Source of the DNA: Polyangiaceae bacterium
Lineage (GTDB): Bacteria > Myxococcota_A > Polyangia > Polyangiales > Polyangiaceae
NCBI GenBank assembly: GCA_033763455.1
Contig: JANRKO010000023.1
Span: forward strand, 160,001-224,000
Direction of reading: 5' to 3'
Length of the DNA: 64,000 nucleotides
Part shown: one piece after another, positions 49,129-59,783 of the stretch
Position numbering within the stretch: position 1 is the stretch's first letter
How the letters are laid out: each line of letters begins with the position of its first letter
The notes under the pieces: generated by a model
What the model saw: only the letters and a program-made list of their open reading frames with translations
Databases searched by the model: none
What the model was told of the DNA's origin: nothing
Translations under genes and position numbers: made by a program

Positions 49129-50589
49129 ATGAGATCCTATCGTATTGCCACCTTGCTCGGAATTTCGCTTGTTGCGACGAGCACAGCTGCGGCAGCGGAC
49201 GGACCCACATCTGCTGAGGTCGGCGACAGTTGGTTTGCGCTTCCGGCAATCCATCGCGTGCCTGTAATGGCATTGTCAGAGCCCCGGCTCGGCGTTTCAT
49301 TCACCGGAGGCTACGCTGCAACATTTGCGCAAGACGGCAATCACCACCGCCTTATTGCTCTGCCAGCGATCGGATGGGTTGTGCAACCTTGGCTTGAGCT
49401 CGGGATCCAAGCAGATAGTCGCTACGATATGCACCCTGGTGGGGATGTTGGCATGATTGCCGATCCCAGAGTGGTGGCAAAGCTCGGCACCGAAGCCGCC
49501 GAGAACGTGCAAGTGGGTGTTCAATTGGGCGGTTGGTTCCCCGGCACAGAGAAGCCAGCGGATACGTTGCAGGCCGCTTCGCCGGAAGCTTCATTTTTCG
49601 GCGCCTTCACAAACACTCACCTCACCCTGGCAGCCTTCTCAGGTTATCGTCTTGACCAAAGCAAGAAGGCCGGACGCAATGCAGCGCGGCTCAGCCAAGG
49701 AGACCGCTTGGCCCTAGGCTTGAGCGAATTCAACGAAGTTCTAGCAGGCATTGGCGGCGGGTATCGGAGTGGCCCACTCGTATTTCTAGGCGAAGTGAGC
49801 GCAGAGCTCCCCATCGGCAGTGGCGCTCCAAGCCCCACGCAGGCTCCCCTTCGAGCATCAGCAGGAGTTCGCTATTTTGCCTCGGCTCAACTCCAGCTGG
49901 AGGGCATGCTGGAGGCTTCTCTGAGTTCGCCGCCTGCGGTAGGGCCCAACGAACCTTTGGTGGCCATTGAGCCCCGAATAGGAGCGCTGCTCGGCATCCG
50001 CTATCGGTTTGTTCCCGACGCTCCCCTGGTAGTCGAAAAGTCCGCACCGCCCAGACCAAAACCAGTAGCGAAGCCCAAACCTGTGCCAAAGATTGCGCCA
50101 AAGACGGACCTCACGCTGCTCGTTCGCGGCCGAGACGGCCAGCTCCTCACCGATGCGCACCTTGAGCTCGTTACTGCTACTGGAACGGAAACCCCCGTCC
50201 TCGACGAACAGGGCGCCTTCCAACTTAAAGATCTCGCCCTCGGACGCGCAACCTTGAAGGTAACCGCCTCTGGCTACCTTCCGATTAAAAAGGAAATCGT
50301 GCTTACCAAGGAACCAGCGCGCATCGAGCTGAATCTTGAGATCTCACTCGCTGGTCAAGTTCGCGGCCTGGTGCGCTCCTTCGGAGGAACGGCTGTGAGT
50401 GCGAAGATCCGCATCCAACCTGGAGACCTGGAAACAACTACCGACGCGGAGGGTTTCTTCGAGTTGGACGTGGCCCCTGGTACGTACCAAGTGAGCATTG
50501 AAGCGAACGGTTTCGTGACACAACAGCGTAAAGTTGAGGTCGAGAAGAACGGCGTGGTCGTACTCAACGCTGATCTCGTGAAGAAGTGA
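49129..50589 (+). CDS. Putative outer-membrane beta-rich protein with two carboxypeptidase-regulatory-like domains
   Basis: Signal peptide, amphipathic beta strands ending GIRYRF, Pro/Lys linker, TTTDAEGFFELDVAPGTYQVSIEANGF. Confidence 0.7.
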   Translation: MRSYRIATLLGISLVATSTAAAADGPTSAEVGDSWFALPAIHRVPVMALSEPRLGVSFTGGYAATFAQDGNHHRLIALPAIGWVVQPWLELGIQADSRYDMHPGGDVGMIADPRVVAKLGTEAAENVQVGVQLGGWFPGTEKPADTLQAASPEASFFGAFTNTHLTLAAFSGYRLDQSKKAGRNAARLSQGDRLALGLSEFNEVLAGIGGGYRSGPLVFLGEVSAELPIGSGAPSPTQAPLRASAGVRYFASAQLQLEGMLEASLSSPPAVGPNEPLVAIEPRIGALLGIRYRFVPDAPLVVEKSAPPRPKPVAKPKPVPKIAPKTDLTLLVRGRDGQLLTDAHLELVTATGTETPVLDEQGAFQLKDLALGRATLKVTASGYLPIKKEIVLTKEPARIELNLEISLAGQVRGLVRSFGGTAVSAKIRIQPGDLETTTDAEGFFELDVAPGTYQVSIEANGFVTQQRKVEVEKNGVVVLNADLVKK

Positions 50590-50919
50590 GTTCGTGCACC
50601 GTCGGCCCAGCAACCGAATGAGCGGACATCTCTCGCCACACGAGTAGTCCAACGTGTCACACTCGTACTCACCCTCGGATGGCATCCGTACGGCATCCGT
50701 AACGTCGGCCCTGTGGCCCCTCACGCGCCAGACGTCAGCATCACGACATATTGAAGCTCAGGGAGCCAACGGCTTTTTGGCGTGCGCCTCTACGATGCTT
50801 AGAAAGAGTGAGCTACTATTAGGGATTAGGCAGAAGTCCGACCGCCGCTGACCATGCTCGTTCCCTCCAAAGCTCGCTCTTCCCCACGCCACAGGGCGCA
50901 GCCTGAGCTCGGATTAACC

Positions 50920-52908
50920 ATGACATCGGGATTGCCAAAAGGCGGCCGGTGCAAGCCGCGCGTGCCGCAACAGGGCTCACTTCGTCTCTTGAAACTGCTG
51001 CTGCTCTTGCTGCTCGCAGCGACCTCGGCACTGGGATGCGCTAGCGGTTGCGATAAACCGCTGGCCATCCTCAAAGAATCCGAAGGGCACGTTGATCGCG
51101 ATTTTTCCAAGAGCCTCAATGTGTGGGAACGGGCCGAGCTCGGCGCACATTTTAGAGTGGGGGACGGTGTTAAAACGGGCAGTAAATCCGGCGCGTTGTT
51201 AACTCTGGACGATGGCAGCGAGGCGGGCCTCAAAAGCAACACCCTGGTGCGTTTCCTGGAAACGCCGCCAAAGTCTTCTCAACAGGGCTTAGATGTTGTC
51301 ACCGGCGAAGCCACTCTCAGCGTGGGCTCCACAGATCTAGGGCTGCTCACGAATGTTGGCTTGGCGCTGCTTCGTGCGGGCTCGAAAATCACACTGCGCC
51401 GCGCGGATCAAGCCGTGCGTTTTGAGGTCAACGTGGGCTCGGCTCGCTTCGAAACCAAGACCGGACCACTTGATGTCAAAGCCGGGCAAGGGGTCGAAAT
51501 CGGCATCGGTCAGGCTGTACTGGAAAGATTTGACTTGAACAAAGAAGCCGCGCCGGCTGCCACAGAGGCGGCTGCGAAGGCCGAAGTTGCTCAAGCGGAT
51601 GCCCCCGAAACCGGAGAAATTGGCCTGAATGTCGATGGCGCGGGTGCTCGCTTAAAGGAGCCGGGAGCAAAGGATTGGACTGCGCTGAAACCTGGCGCTC
51701 ACGCACTTTCGGCGGGGTCAACGCTGAGTCTGCCCCGCGGCACCTCAGCCACGGTGACCCGAGGCAATCGCCAAGTCGTGCTACGCGGCCAAGGGCAATT
51801 CGTAGTGGCAAGCACCGGTTCCGCGTTCATTCAGACAGAAAGCGGGGGCATTTCAGTGGCAGCCACCAGCGGGGCTGTTTCCATCACTGTTCCTGGAGGC
51901 ACCATCACGACCCTCCTTGGTGGGCTATCCGATCTGCAGGTAAAGCGTGACGCCACAGCCGTAAGCGTCCGTGTGGGCGAAGTCGAGATCAAGACGGAAA
52001 AGGGCGTGGAGACACTGCGTGGAGGCGAAACTGCCAAACTCTCCAGCGCCGGCGCGGTGGACGTCGGCGGGCGCGGCCCCGGATATGCCGACATTCTTCT
52101 CGCCGCAGGTGATTCCATCGCCGTGCATGACCCCTCCCCGCCCACCTCGGTCGGGATCCGCTTCGGAGATCGCTGCAAGCAGGGCGGTGTAGTGCAGCTG
52201 ATGCGCAGCAGCACCGAGGTGGCAACGAGCTCCCGAAGCGAGACTGGCATCGCGAATATCTTGATTCCGGTCGGCCTCCACACTTATCGGCTAAGGTGCC
52301 TCGGCCCCAACGGACTGGAAGAAAAGCCTGTGGCCACGGGTCGGGTATCCGTGCGCCGCGATTCGGGCACGAGCCAACTACCCTCTAGTGCACCCCGCAC
52401 CCAAGTGGAAACGGATGGCAGAAAATATACCGTGCTCTACCAGAATCTATTGCCGCAAATTGCCGTGCGCTGGAAGGACGCGCCTGCGGCAAGCAGTTAC
52501 AAGCTAACTATAAAATCCAATGGTAAAACCGAGAACCTGAGCGCTAGAACGCCCAACTATTTCTTCCCCTCCGCCTCATTGCCCGAGGGGACGCACCAGA
52601 TGGTCTTCGAAGCGGGCATTCGTCGTTCTCGCCCCACCACCGTCACCATTAGCTTCGACAACGCTGCCCCCACGGCTCGTATTGCTTCGCCCCAAGATCG
52701 AAGCTTCGCACCAGGGGCCAGCGTCACCGTTTCAGGAGTCGCCCTGCCGGGTTGGACGGTGGCGGTCGGGGGCCAAGAAATACCCATGGACGCGCAGAAT
52801 CGCTTCTCGGGTACGGTGACGACCCCAAGTGAGCTCAAGGCCTTTGCCATACGTTTTGCTCACCCTTCGCGTGGCGTACGCTTCTACCTCAGGAGAGCCG
52901 CCCAGTGA
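50920..52908 (+). CDS. FecR-domain exported protein with C-terminal Ig-like domains
   Basis: GDGVKTGSKSGALLTLDDGSEAGLKSNT FecR-like motif, a second degenerate copy (VSVRVGEVEI), and a beta-sandwich tail. Confidence 0.72.
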   Translation: MTSGLPKGGRCKPRVPQQGSLRLLKLLLLLLLAATSALGCASGCDKPLAILKESEGHVDRDFSKSLNVWERAELGAHFRVGDGVKTGSKSGALLTLDDGSEAGLKSNTLVRFLETPPKSSQQGLDVVTGEATLSVGSTDLGLLTNVGLALLRAGSKITLRRADQAVRFEVNVGSARFETKTGPLDVKAGQGVEIGIGQAVLERFDLNKEAAPAATEAAAKAEVAQADAPETGEIGLNVDGAGARLKEPGAKDWTALKPGAHALSAGSTLSLPRGTSATVTRGNRQVVLRGQGQFVVASTGSAFIQTESGGISVAATSGAVSITVPGGTITTLLGGLSDLQVKRDATAVSVRVGEVEIKTEKGVETLRGGETAKLSSAGAVDVGGRGPGYADILLAAGDSIAVHDPSPPTSVGIRFGDRCKQGGVVQLMRSSTEVATSSRSETGIANILIPVGLHTYRLRCLGPNGLEEKPVATGRVSVRRDSGTSQLPSSAPRTQVETDGRKYTVLYQNLLPQIAVRWKDAPAASSYKLTIKSNGKTENLSARTPNYFFPSASLPEGTHQMVFEAGIRRSRPTTVTISFDNAAPTARIASPQDRSFAPGASVTVSGVALPGWTVAVGGQEIPMDAQNRFSGTVTTPSELKAFAIRFAHPSRGVRFYLRRAAQ

Positions 52909-54716
52909 GCACCAGCGCGCCCAGTCAACAAGACGAACTGCTTGGGCAGTTGGTCATGGGGCGCTACCGCATCGTGCGTCCGCTCGGGCGTGGCGGAATG
53001 GGCGTCGTATACTTGGCGCGGCTTGAGGGCGCGGCAGGCTTTTCAAGGCCAGTCGTGATCAAACGCATCGTGCCAGATCTAACGGGCGACACGACAATGT
53101 CGCAACTGTTCGTGCGCGAAGCGCGCATTTTATCCAATCTCCAACATGCAGGCATCGTTAGCGTGGTGGATTTTGGAGAGGAGAACCTCGCCTATGTGAT
53201 GGTGCTCGAATACGTGCATGGCTACAACTTGGGCCAATGGCACCGGTATGTCCGGCAAACCCGGGGCCAAATGCCCATTTTTCATGCCAATCACATCATC
53301 ATCAAGATGCTCGAAGCGCTGCACTTTGCGCACACGTATCGGCGTCCGGATGGCACCCAACTCAGAATCATTCACCGCGACGTTTCACCTTCGAACATCT
53401 TGCTGGATCTTCGCGGTGTGGTGAAGCTACACGATTTCGGTATTGCGCGCACCGAAGACGCCAACGAATTCAAGACCACCGACGGCACGTTCAAGGGCAA
53501 GCTCGCCTTCACTCCTCCGGAAGTTTTCTCCGGAGAGCCGGCCTCCCCTCAGAGCGATCTGTACGCTTGCGGGGTGGTCCTGTATCAGCTGCTCACCTCG
53601 CAGAACCCATTCCGTGCCAAGGAAATGGGTGAGACGGTGAGCAAGGTGCTCACATACACCCCGCCGCCAATTTCGGCCTACCGCGAAGAGGTACCAGATG
53701 GCCTCGATGAAATTGTGGCGCGTTCGCTCGCTAAGAAAAAGGAAGATCGGTTCGCCACAGCTGCCGAATTTGCCGATGCGTTGCGAGCGCTTTGCCCCCT
53801 AAAAGAAGAAGCTTTGATTGAGGAATTGGGCAAGTGTTTCGCGAAAGATTTCGCCGCAATGCCCGCAGCTATGCATGTGGATTCGCTCGAAGCTCGCGAT
53901 GGCGCGTGGCGCGAAGCCCAAGAGGTGCTTCCACCCTCCTCTCGTCTGCCGTTGAGCTCTTGGCCACCCAATTCAGGCGCCGAGCCTACCATCCAGGAAA
54001 GAACTGCACCCCACCGAGGCACCGCTACAACCGCGGCCCATCGCGGCTTGGCCACAACGGCCGCCACCGCTAACCTGAGTGCGGCCACGGCCCCGAACGC
54101 TGAGGTCGAAGGCCCCGGTCGGCGCGGCATGCCCAAGGTCATGCTGGCTGGAATCGGGGTCGCAGTGCTCATGGCCCTAGGCGCCCTGGTGGTGTCCCTC
54201 ACGCGGTCGCCAGAGCAGGAAAAACCGCGCTTTTTGCTGCTCGAAAAGACCCCAACAACGGACACTGCGACGCCTGCCGCCGCACCCTCCAGCACCCCCG
54301 CATCCCCAAGCGTCGAGACGCCACTCCCGAACACTTCCAACCCATTAGAAGCAAGCCCACCTTCAGCAACGAACACTGCACCAAGCCCCCCCAAGCCGCC
54401 CAAGTCCGATCCGAGCCAAAGCGGCAAACCCGACCCACGCCAGCTCTCACGCACGTTCGCCAGCCAACAGGGAAAGATCCAAGGCTGCTTTCGCCAGCAC
54501 GCGGCCAACGTAACAGGGCAGCCTCAGGTTAGCGTCAGGTTTCATGTGAGCACTGGCGGTCAAGTCACTCAGGCGGAGGTCATACCCGGCGGGTTAGCCA
54601 CCACCCCGCTCGGCCAGTGCATTCTAACAGTGGCTCAAGCCGTGAAGTTTGGCCCACAGAGCGAGTCGATTGTGTTTGCGATCCCCATTACTGCGCGCCG
54701 AGTAGACGCACCGTAG
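52905..54716 (+). CDS. Membrane Ser/Thr kinase with a C-terminal AgmX/TonB-C-like domain
   Basis: GRGGMG, HRDVSPSN, DFG; TM helix; IQGCF...VSVRFHVSTGGQV...LGQCI...VKFGP. Confidence 0.9.
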   Translation: MSTSAPSQQDELLGQLVMGRYRIVRPLGRGGMGVVYLARLEGAAGFSRPVVIKRIVPDLTGDTTMSQLFVREARILSNLQHAGIVSVVDFGEENLAYVMVLEYVHGYNLGQWHRYVRQTRGQMPIFHANHIIIKMLEALHFAHTYRRPDGTQLRIIHRDVSPSNILLDLRGVVKLHDFGIARTEDANEFKTTDGTFKGKLAFTPPEVFSGEPASPQSDLYACGVVLYQLLTSQNPFRAKEMGETVSKVLTYTPPPISAYREEVPDGLDEIVARSLAKKKEDRFATAAEFADALRALCPLKEEALIEELGKCFAKDFAAMPAAMHVDSLEARDGAWREAQEVLPPSSRLPLSSWPPNSGAEPTIQERTAPHRGTATTAAHRGLATTAATANLSAATAPNAEVEGPGRRGMPKVMLAGIGVAVLMALGALVVSLTRSPEQEKPRFLLLEKTPTTDTATPAAAPSSTPASPSVETPLPNTSNPLEASPPSATNTAPSPPKPPKSDPSQSGKPDPRQLSRTFASQQGKIQGCFRQHAANVTGQPQVSVRFHVSTGGQVTQAEVIPGGLATTPLGQCILTVAQAVKFGPQSESIVFAIPITARRVDAP

Positions 54717-54748
54717 AGTCGGTCTTGGCATTTCCGCGAGCCGCGGGC

Positions 54749-55834
54749 TCAGCCTTCGTGTTCCTGAGAGTCGCCGTTTTTCTTCGATCGTCTCTCCAGA
54801 TCGGGCACCACGCGCGCCACACGCTTGTGAACGAGCTCTCGCACAAGACGCCAAAGGCTCTTTTCGTCCCCGCATTCGGCCAATAATCCCAGCGGCACCT
54901 GAAAACCGCCCATATCTGCACGCCCGCCACCGTACGGCCGGCCATGTCCGTCATCACCAAAGGCATTGAGCATGAATGCGGCGGGGTCCACGCTGGCACT
55001 GCTGGTGCGGAGCGACCCATCGATGCGGTCGTCGACAATGCCGTAAACGAGCACGGTGTCGATATCTTCGCGACGCAGGATAAAATCTGCGGCGGTGGGG
55101 ATAGCATCCCTATTTACCGAAGAAACCCGCCCTACACCCGCTAGCGCAAAGTCGCGCACGACCTCCAAATCCTCAAGCGCTCTGCCCACTGCATCCATTG
55201 CCTCAGCAGACAGAGTGCGACGCCCAATGCGGCTCAGGGTTTCGTTGTCGCAGAATGGTTTAAGGTACGCAGCCGCGCGGTGATCCGCCGCCGTGGCGAA
55301 TCCAAAGTCGTCGGTATCTGTCTGGATCCCGAAAAACATGGCCGTAGCCACCGCGGAATCTTCGATACCGCCGTTCACCAAGGGAGCCAGGCCCGCTTCG
55401 GCATACTCCGAGTAGATCGTGCAGGTGGCACCAACATCGTGCCGAATATCCACGAAAGGGGCTTTGGGCACCGAGGTCGGCCGATGATGGTCCACCACGG
55501 TTAGCAGCTGGAGCCCGTCTGGGAGCTTGATCGATGCTTCACTGGCGCTCGCATCCACTAGGGAGAGGTAGCCAAACTCCTCAAGCTCCGAGCTATCCTG
55601 GATGCGCCGCATAGGAACGTTCAACAGCTTCACCAAAGCGCGATTCTCCGACCGTGAGATGGGCAATGTGTGAGCAATCGTGGCTGAAACGCCGAGGCGT
55701 TCACAAATGCGCCGGTGTGCCATCGCGGCCCCGATGGAGTCTGGATCTGGGTGGCCAGCCACCAAAATGATGAGCGGTTTGTCTGTGGCAGAAGCCAAAA
55801 CGCTCTCGAGTTCCTCGCGACGCTCGCGTCCCAT
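54749..55834 (-). CDS. DHH/DHHA1 phosphoesterase (NrnA-like)
   Basis: PDPDSIG, LVD, VDHH, GIQTDT, GSLR, GGGR. Confidence 0.88.
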   Translation of the reverse strand: MGRERREELESVLASATDKPLIILVAGHPDPDSIGAAMAHRRICERLGVSATIAHTLPISRSENRALVKLLNVPMRRIQDSSELEEFGYLSLVDASASEASIKLPDGLQLLTVVDHHRPTSVPKAPFVDIRHDVGATCTIYSEYAEAGLAPLVNGGIEDSAVATAMFFGIQTDTDDFGFATAADHRAAAYLKPFCDNETLSRIGRRTLSAEAMDAVGRALEDLEVVRDFALAGVGRVSSVNRDAIPTAADFILRREDIDTVLVYGIVDDRIDGSLRTSSASVDPAAFMLNAFGDDGHGRPYGGGRADMGGFQVPLGLLAECGDEKSLWRLVRELVHKRVARVVPDLERRSKKNGDSQEHEG

Positions 55835-56131
55835 GGTCAACTTGCTTTCTCGCGTTGTGGCCTTAAAGCATGCGGTGTTTAGTGGCGCGGATCGGTAGCC
55901 CACATTCAGGGTTCATGGAAGCCTACGGTCTCTCCCCCGCGCCGGGTTAGGGTCGTGACCGCTGATGCAGTAGAGCTGCACAAGCGGAGTCATGCGGTTA
56001 TTGAGTGGGGATCGCGTAGAAGATTACGCATGCGACCGGAAAGCGGCTAGAGGGGTTAACGGGCGCTTTTAACCGAAAAACATCCTTGACGATTGGAGCC
56101 ACTCGGGGGAGGCTTCTGCCGCAACGTCACA

Positions 56132-56266
56132 ATGACCCAGGAAGTCGTTACAGAGCGAGATTCCTCACCGGCCTCAGTTTTGGCTGGCGTCTTGGGCGTG
56201 GCTTCTGTCGTGGTGGGTGTAGTGCCCGGCCTCCTCGTGCTTATTCGCACGGGTGCGGCGGCCTGA
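56132..56266 (+). CDS. ilv-leu operon leader (attenuator) peptide, 44 aa
   Basis: MTQEVVTERDSSPASVLAGVLGVASVVVGVVPGLLVLIRTGAAA*: 11 Val, 5 Leu, 1 Ile. It directly precedes a terminator and ilvB. Confidence 0.8.
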   Translation: MTQEVVTERDSSPASVLAGVLGVASVVVGVVPGLLVLIRTGAAA

Positions 56267-56288
56267 CTGAACTCCCCCTTCAGCTCCT

Positions 56289-56323
56289 AGCCCCCGCACC
56301 CGAAACGGAGCGGGGGCTTTTTT
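56289..56323 (+). terminator. Intrinsic terminator of the attenuator
   Basis: AGCCCCCGC-ac-CCG-aaa-CGG-a-GCGGGGGCT followed by a T run. Its 5' arm (CCGCACCCG, 56294-56302) is complementary to CGGGTGCGG (56250-56258). Confidence 0.88.
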
Positions 56324-56391
56324 GATTTGTACATGTTTTCCCAGGCACCAAAAGTGTTACACGCACCCACAAAGCACCAGGAGACCCAAGC

Positions 56392-58182
56392 ATGGCAGCT
56401 CCCATGAAAGATCTGACAGAAGCGAATTTCGCACGCGGCATTGCTCGTGAACCACGCGAGCTCACGGGGTCGCAGATCCTTTGGGAGACCTTAGTGCACG
56501 AAGGTGTCGATGTTGTGTTCGGGTATCCGGGCGGCGCCATCATGCCCGCGTACGACGCGCTGCCAGAATATCCAATCCACCATGTGTTGGTGCGCCACGA
56601 GCAGGGCGCAGCGCACATGGCGGACGGCTACGCCCGAGCATCCGGCAAGGTTGGCGTGTGCATAGCGACCTCAGGCCCTGGTGCTACCAACCTAGTCACC
56701 GGTATCGCCACGGCCATGATGGACTCGATTCCTATGGTGGCCATCACCGGCCAAGTTCCGTCTAGCGTGATTGGGAGTGACGCCTTCCAAGAAACCGACA
56801 TCACCGGCGTCACCTTGCCCATTACGAAGCACACGCTCATGGCTTCGCGCCCCGAAGAGATCATGCCGATCTTGCGCCAAGCCTTCTACATCGCAAGCTC
56901 CGGTAGGCCGGGACCTGTGTTGGTGGACATTACCAAAGACGCTCAGCAGAAAAAATGCCTCTACTCGTATGATTCTTCTCCCATTCGGTTGCCAGGTTAT
57001 CGACCGGTGGTGCACCCGCTGGAGAAAGACCTGCAGCGCGCCCTCGAAATGATTCGAGGGGCAGAGCGGCCTATTATTTTCACCGGCCACGGCGTGATGC
57101 GCGCCAACGCTACCGGAGCGCTGCTCGAATTCGTAAAGAAGACGGGAATACCTGTCGCTTCCACACTGCTCGGCTTAGGGGGCTTTCCGGCAACACACCC
57201 CAAAAACCTTGGCATGATGGGCATGCACGGCGAAGCCTGGGTGAACCGCGCTATCCAGGAATCCGACCTCATCATCGCCATTGGAATGCGCTTTGACGAC
57301 CGGGTAACCGGGAATCTGAAGACGTACGCGCCGCTCGCAAAGAAAATCCACATCGAGCTCGATCCTGCGGAAATCAACAAGAACGTTAAGGTGGATCTGG
57401 CGCTCCTCGGAGATGCCCGCGAAATACTCAGCCTTCTCATTCCGCACGCTCGGCCGTGCAGCATTGATCCATGGGTGAAGCATATTGATGATCTCAAAGG
57501 AGAATCGTCGGTGTTGGAGATCCAGCACATGCCGGATAATGGCCAGCTGTATGCGGCCCACGTGATCTTTGACCTTTGGAAAATCACCCAGGGCAAAGCA
57601 CTTGTGGTGACGGACGTTGGACAACACCAAATGTGGGAGGCGCAGTATTACAAGCACGATTACCCGCGTCGCCTCATCACCTCGGGCGGCCTCGGCACCA
57701 TGGGCTTTGCGCTTCCAGCCGCCGTCGGTGCCAAATTCGCCTGCCCCAAAGAAGAAGTGTGGGTGATAGCTGGAGACGGCGGGTTTCAGATGACGGCCGC
57801 TGAGCTATCCACGATTGCCCAGGAAAACATCAAGCTCAACATCGCTGTTATCAATAACGGGTATCTCGGCATGGTGCGCCAATGGCAGGAGTTCTTTTAT
57901 AACAAGCGCTACGTCGCCACGCCCATCAAGAGCCCGGATTTTGTGAAGCTGGCCGAAGCTCACGATCTGGTCGGCCTCCGCGCCACGACTAGAAAAGAGG
58001 CTGGAATGGTTATCGAAGAAGCCCGCGCGAACGAACGCACCGTTGTTATCGATTTCCGTGTCGCCCAGGAAGATTCGGTGTACCCGATGGTGCCTAGCGG
58101 CGCGGACCTCGGGGAAATGATCCGACGCCCGGCCTGGCAAGGCAGTCACAACCCGATTTACGAGACGGGAGAGGACCAATGA
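56392..58182 (+). CDS. ilvB: Acetolactate synthase large subunit
   Basis: FGYPGGA, RHEQGA, TSGPGATN, DVGQHQMW, GDGGFQM...NNGYLGMVRQWQ. AGGAG RBS. Confidence 0.97.
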   Translation: MAAPMKDLTEANFARGIAREPRELTGSQILWETLVHEGVDVVFGYPGGAIMPAYDALPEYPIHHVLVRHEQGAAHMADGYARASGKVGVCIATSGPGATNLVTGIATAMMDSIPMVAITGQVPSSVIGSDAFQETDITGVTLPITKHTLMASRPEEIMPILRQAFYIASSGRPGPVLVDITKDAQQKKCLYSYDSSPIRLPGYRPVVHPLEKDLQRALEMIRGAERPIIFTGHGVMRANATGALLEFVKKTGIPVASTLLGLGGFPATHPKNLGMMGMHGEAWVNRAIQESDLIIAIGMRFDDRVTGNLKTYAPLAKKIHIELDPAEINKNVKVDLALLGDAREILSLLIPHARPCSIDPWVKHIDDLKGESSVLEIQHMPDNGQLYAAHVIFDLWKITQGKALVVTDVGQHQMWEAQYYKHDYPRRLITSGGLGTMGFALPAAVGAKFACPKEEVWVIAGDGGFQMTAAELSTIAQENIKLNIAVINNGYLGMVRQWQEFFYNKRYVATPIKSPDFVKLAEAHDLVGLRATTRKEAGMVIEEARANERTVVIDFRVAQEDSVYPMVPSGADLGEMIRRPAWQGSHNPIYETGEDQ

Positions 58183-58739
58183 CGATGTCTTCTGAAGAAA
58201 GCCTCCGAACCTTCATCGCGTACGTCGAAGACCGCCCTGGCGTCTTGAACCGCATCGCCTCTCTATTTCGGCGCCGCAACTACAACATCGTCTCGCTCAA
58301 CGTGGGCCGCACCCACGAGCCCGGTGTTTCCAGAATGACCTTCAGTGTTGAGGCCGACGCCGACATGGCGCATCGCATCGAGGCTAACCTCTACAAGCTC
58401 GTGAACGTGTTGAGCGTTGAGGACATCACCGACACACCGCGCGTGAGTCGAGATCTCGCGTTGATCAAGGTGAATGTCGGGCCCGATAGGCGCGCCGAAG
58501 TTCTGCAGCTGTGCGAGGTCTTCCGCGCGCGAGCGGTAGATGTGGGGCCGAAGACGCTGATCGTTGAGATCACCGGAGCCCAAGAAAAGATCGATGGCCT
58601 TGTGGCAGTGCTAGCCCCCTTCGGTATCGCCGAAATGGTGGAAACCGGCCGCGTTGCCATGACACGTGGCCCCATAGGTGCAGCAGCTGAAGCTGCTCGC
58701 CGTTCCCGAGATGAGTCCCGCACAATATTTGCGGCCTGA
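58179..58739 (+). CDS. ilvN: Acetolactate synthase small regulatory subunit
   Basis: ACT domain EDRPGVLNRIASLFRRRNYNI; LALIKV; ATGA overlap with ilvB. Confidence 0.95.
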   Translation: MTMSSEESLRTFIAYVEDRPGVLNRIASLFRRRNYNIVSLNVGRTHEPGVSRMTFSVEADADMAHRIEANLYKLVNVLSVEDITDTPRVSRDLALIKVNVGPDRRAEVLQLCEVFRARAVDVGPKTLIVEITGAQEKIDGLVAVLAPFGIAEMVETGRVAMTRGPIGAAAEAARRSRDESRTIFAA

Positions 58740-59780
<1,041 letters not shown>

Positions 59781-59783
59781 TTT

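Noticed and set aside
56050..56330. T-box riboswitch ahead of ilvB
   Set aside because: No AAxxxGGGTGGxACCGCG T-box sequence; the leader peptide with antiterminator explains the region.
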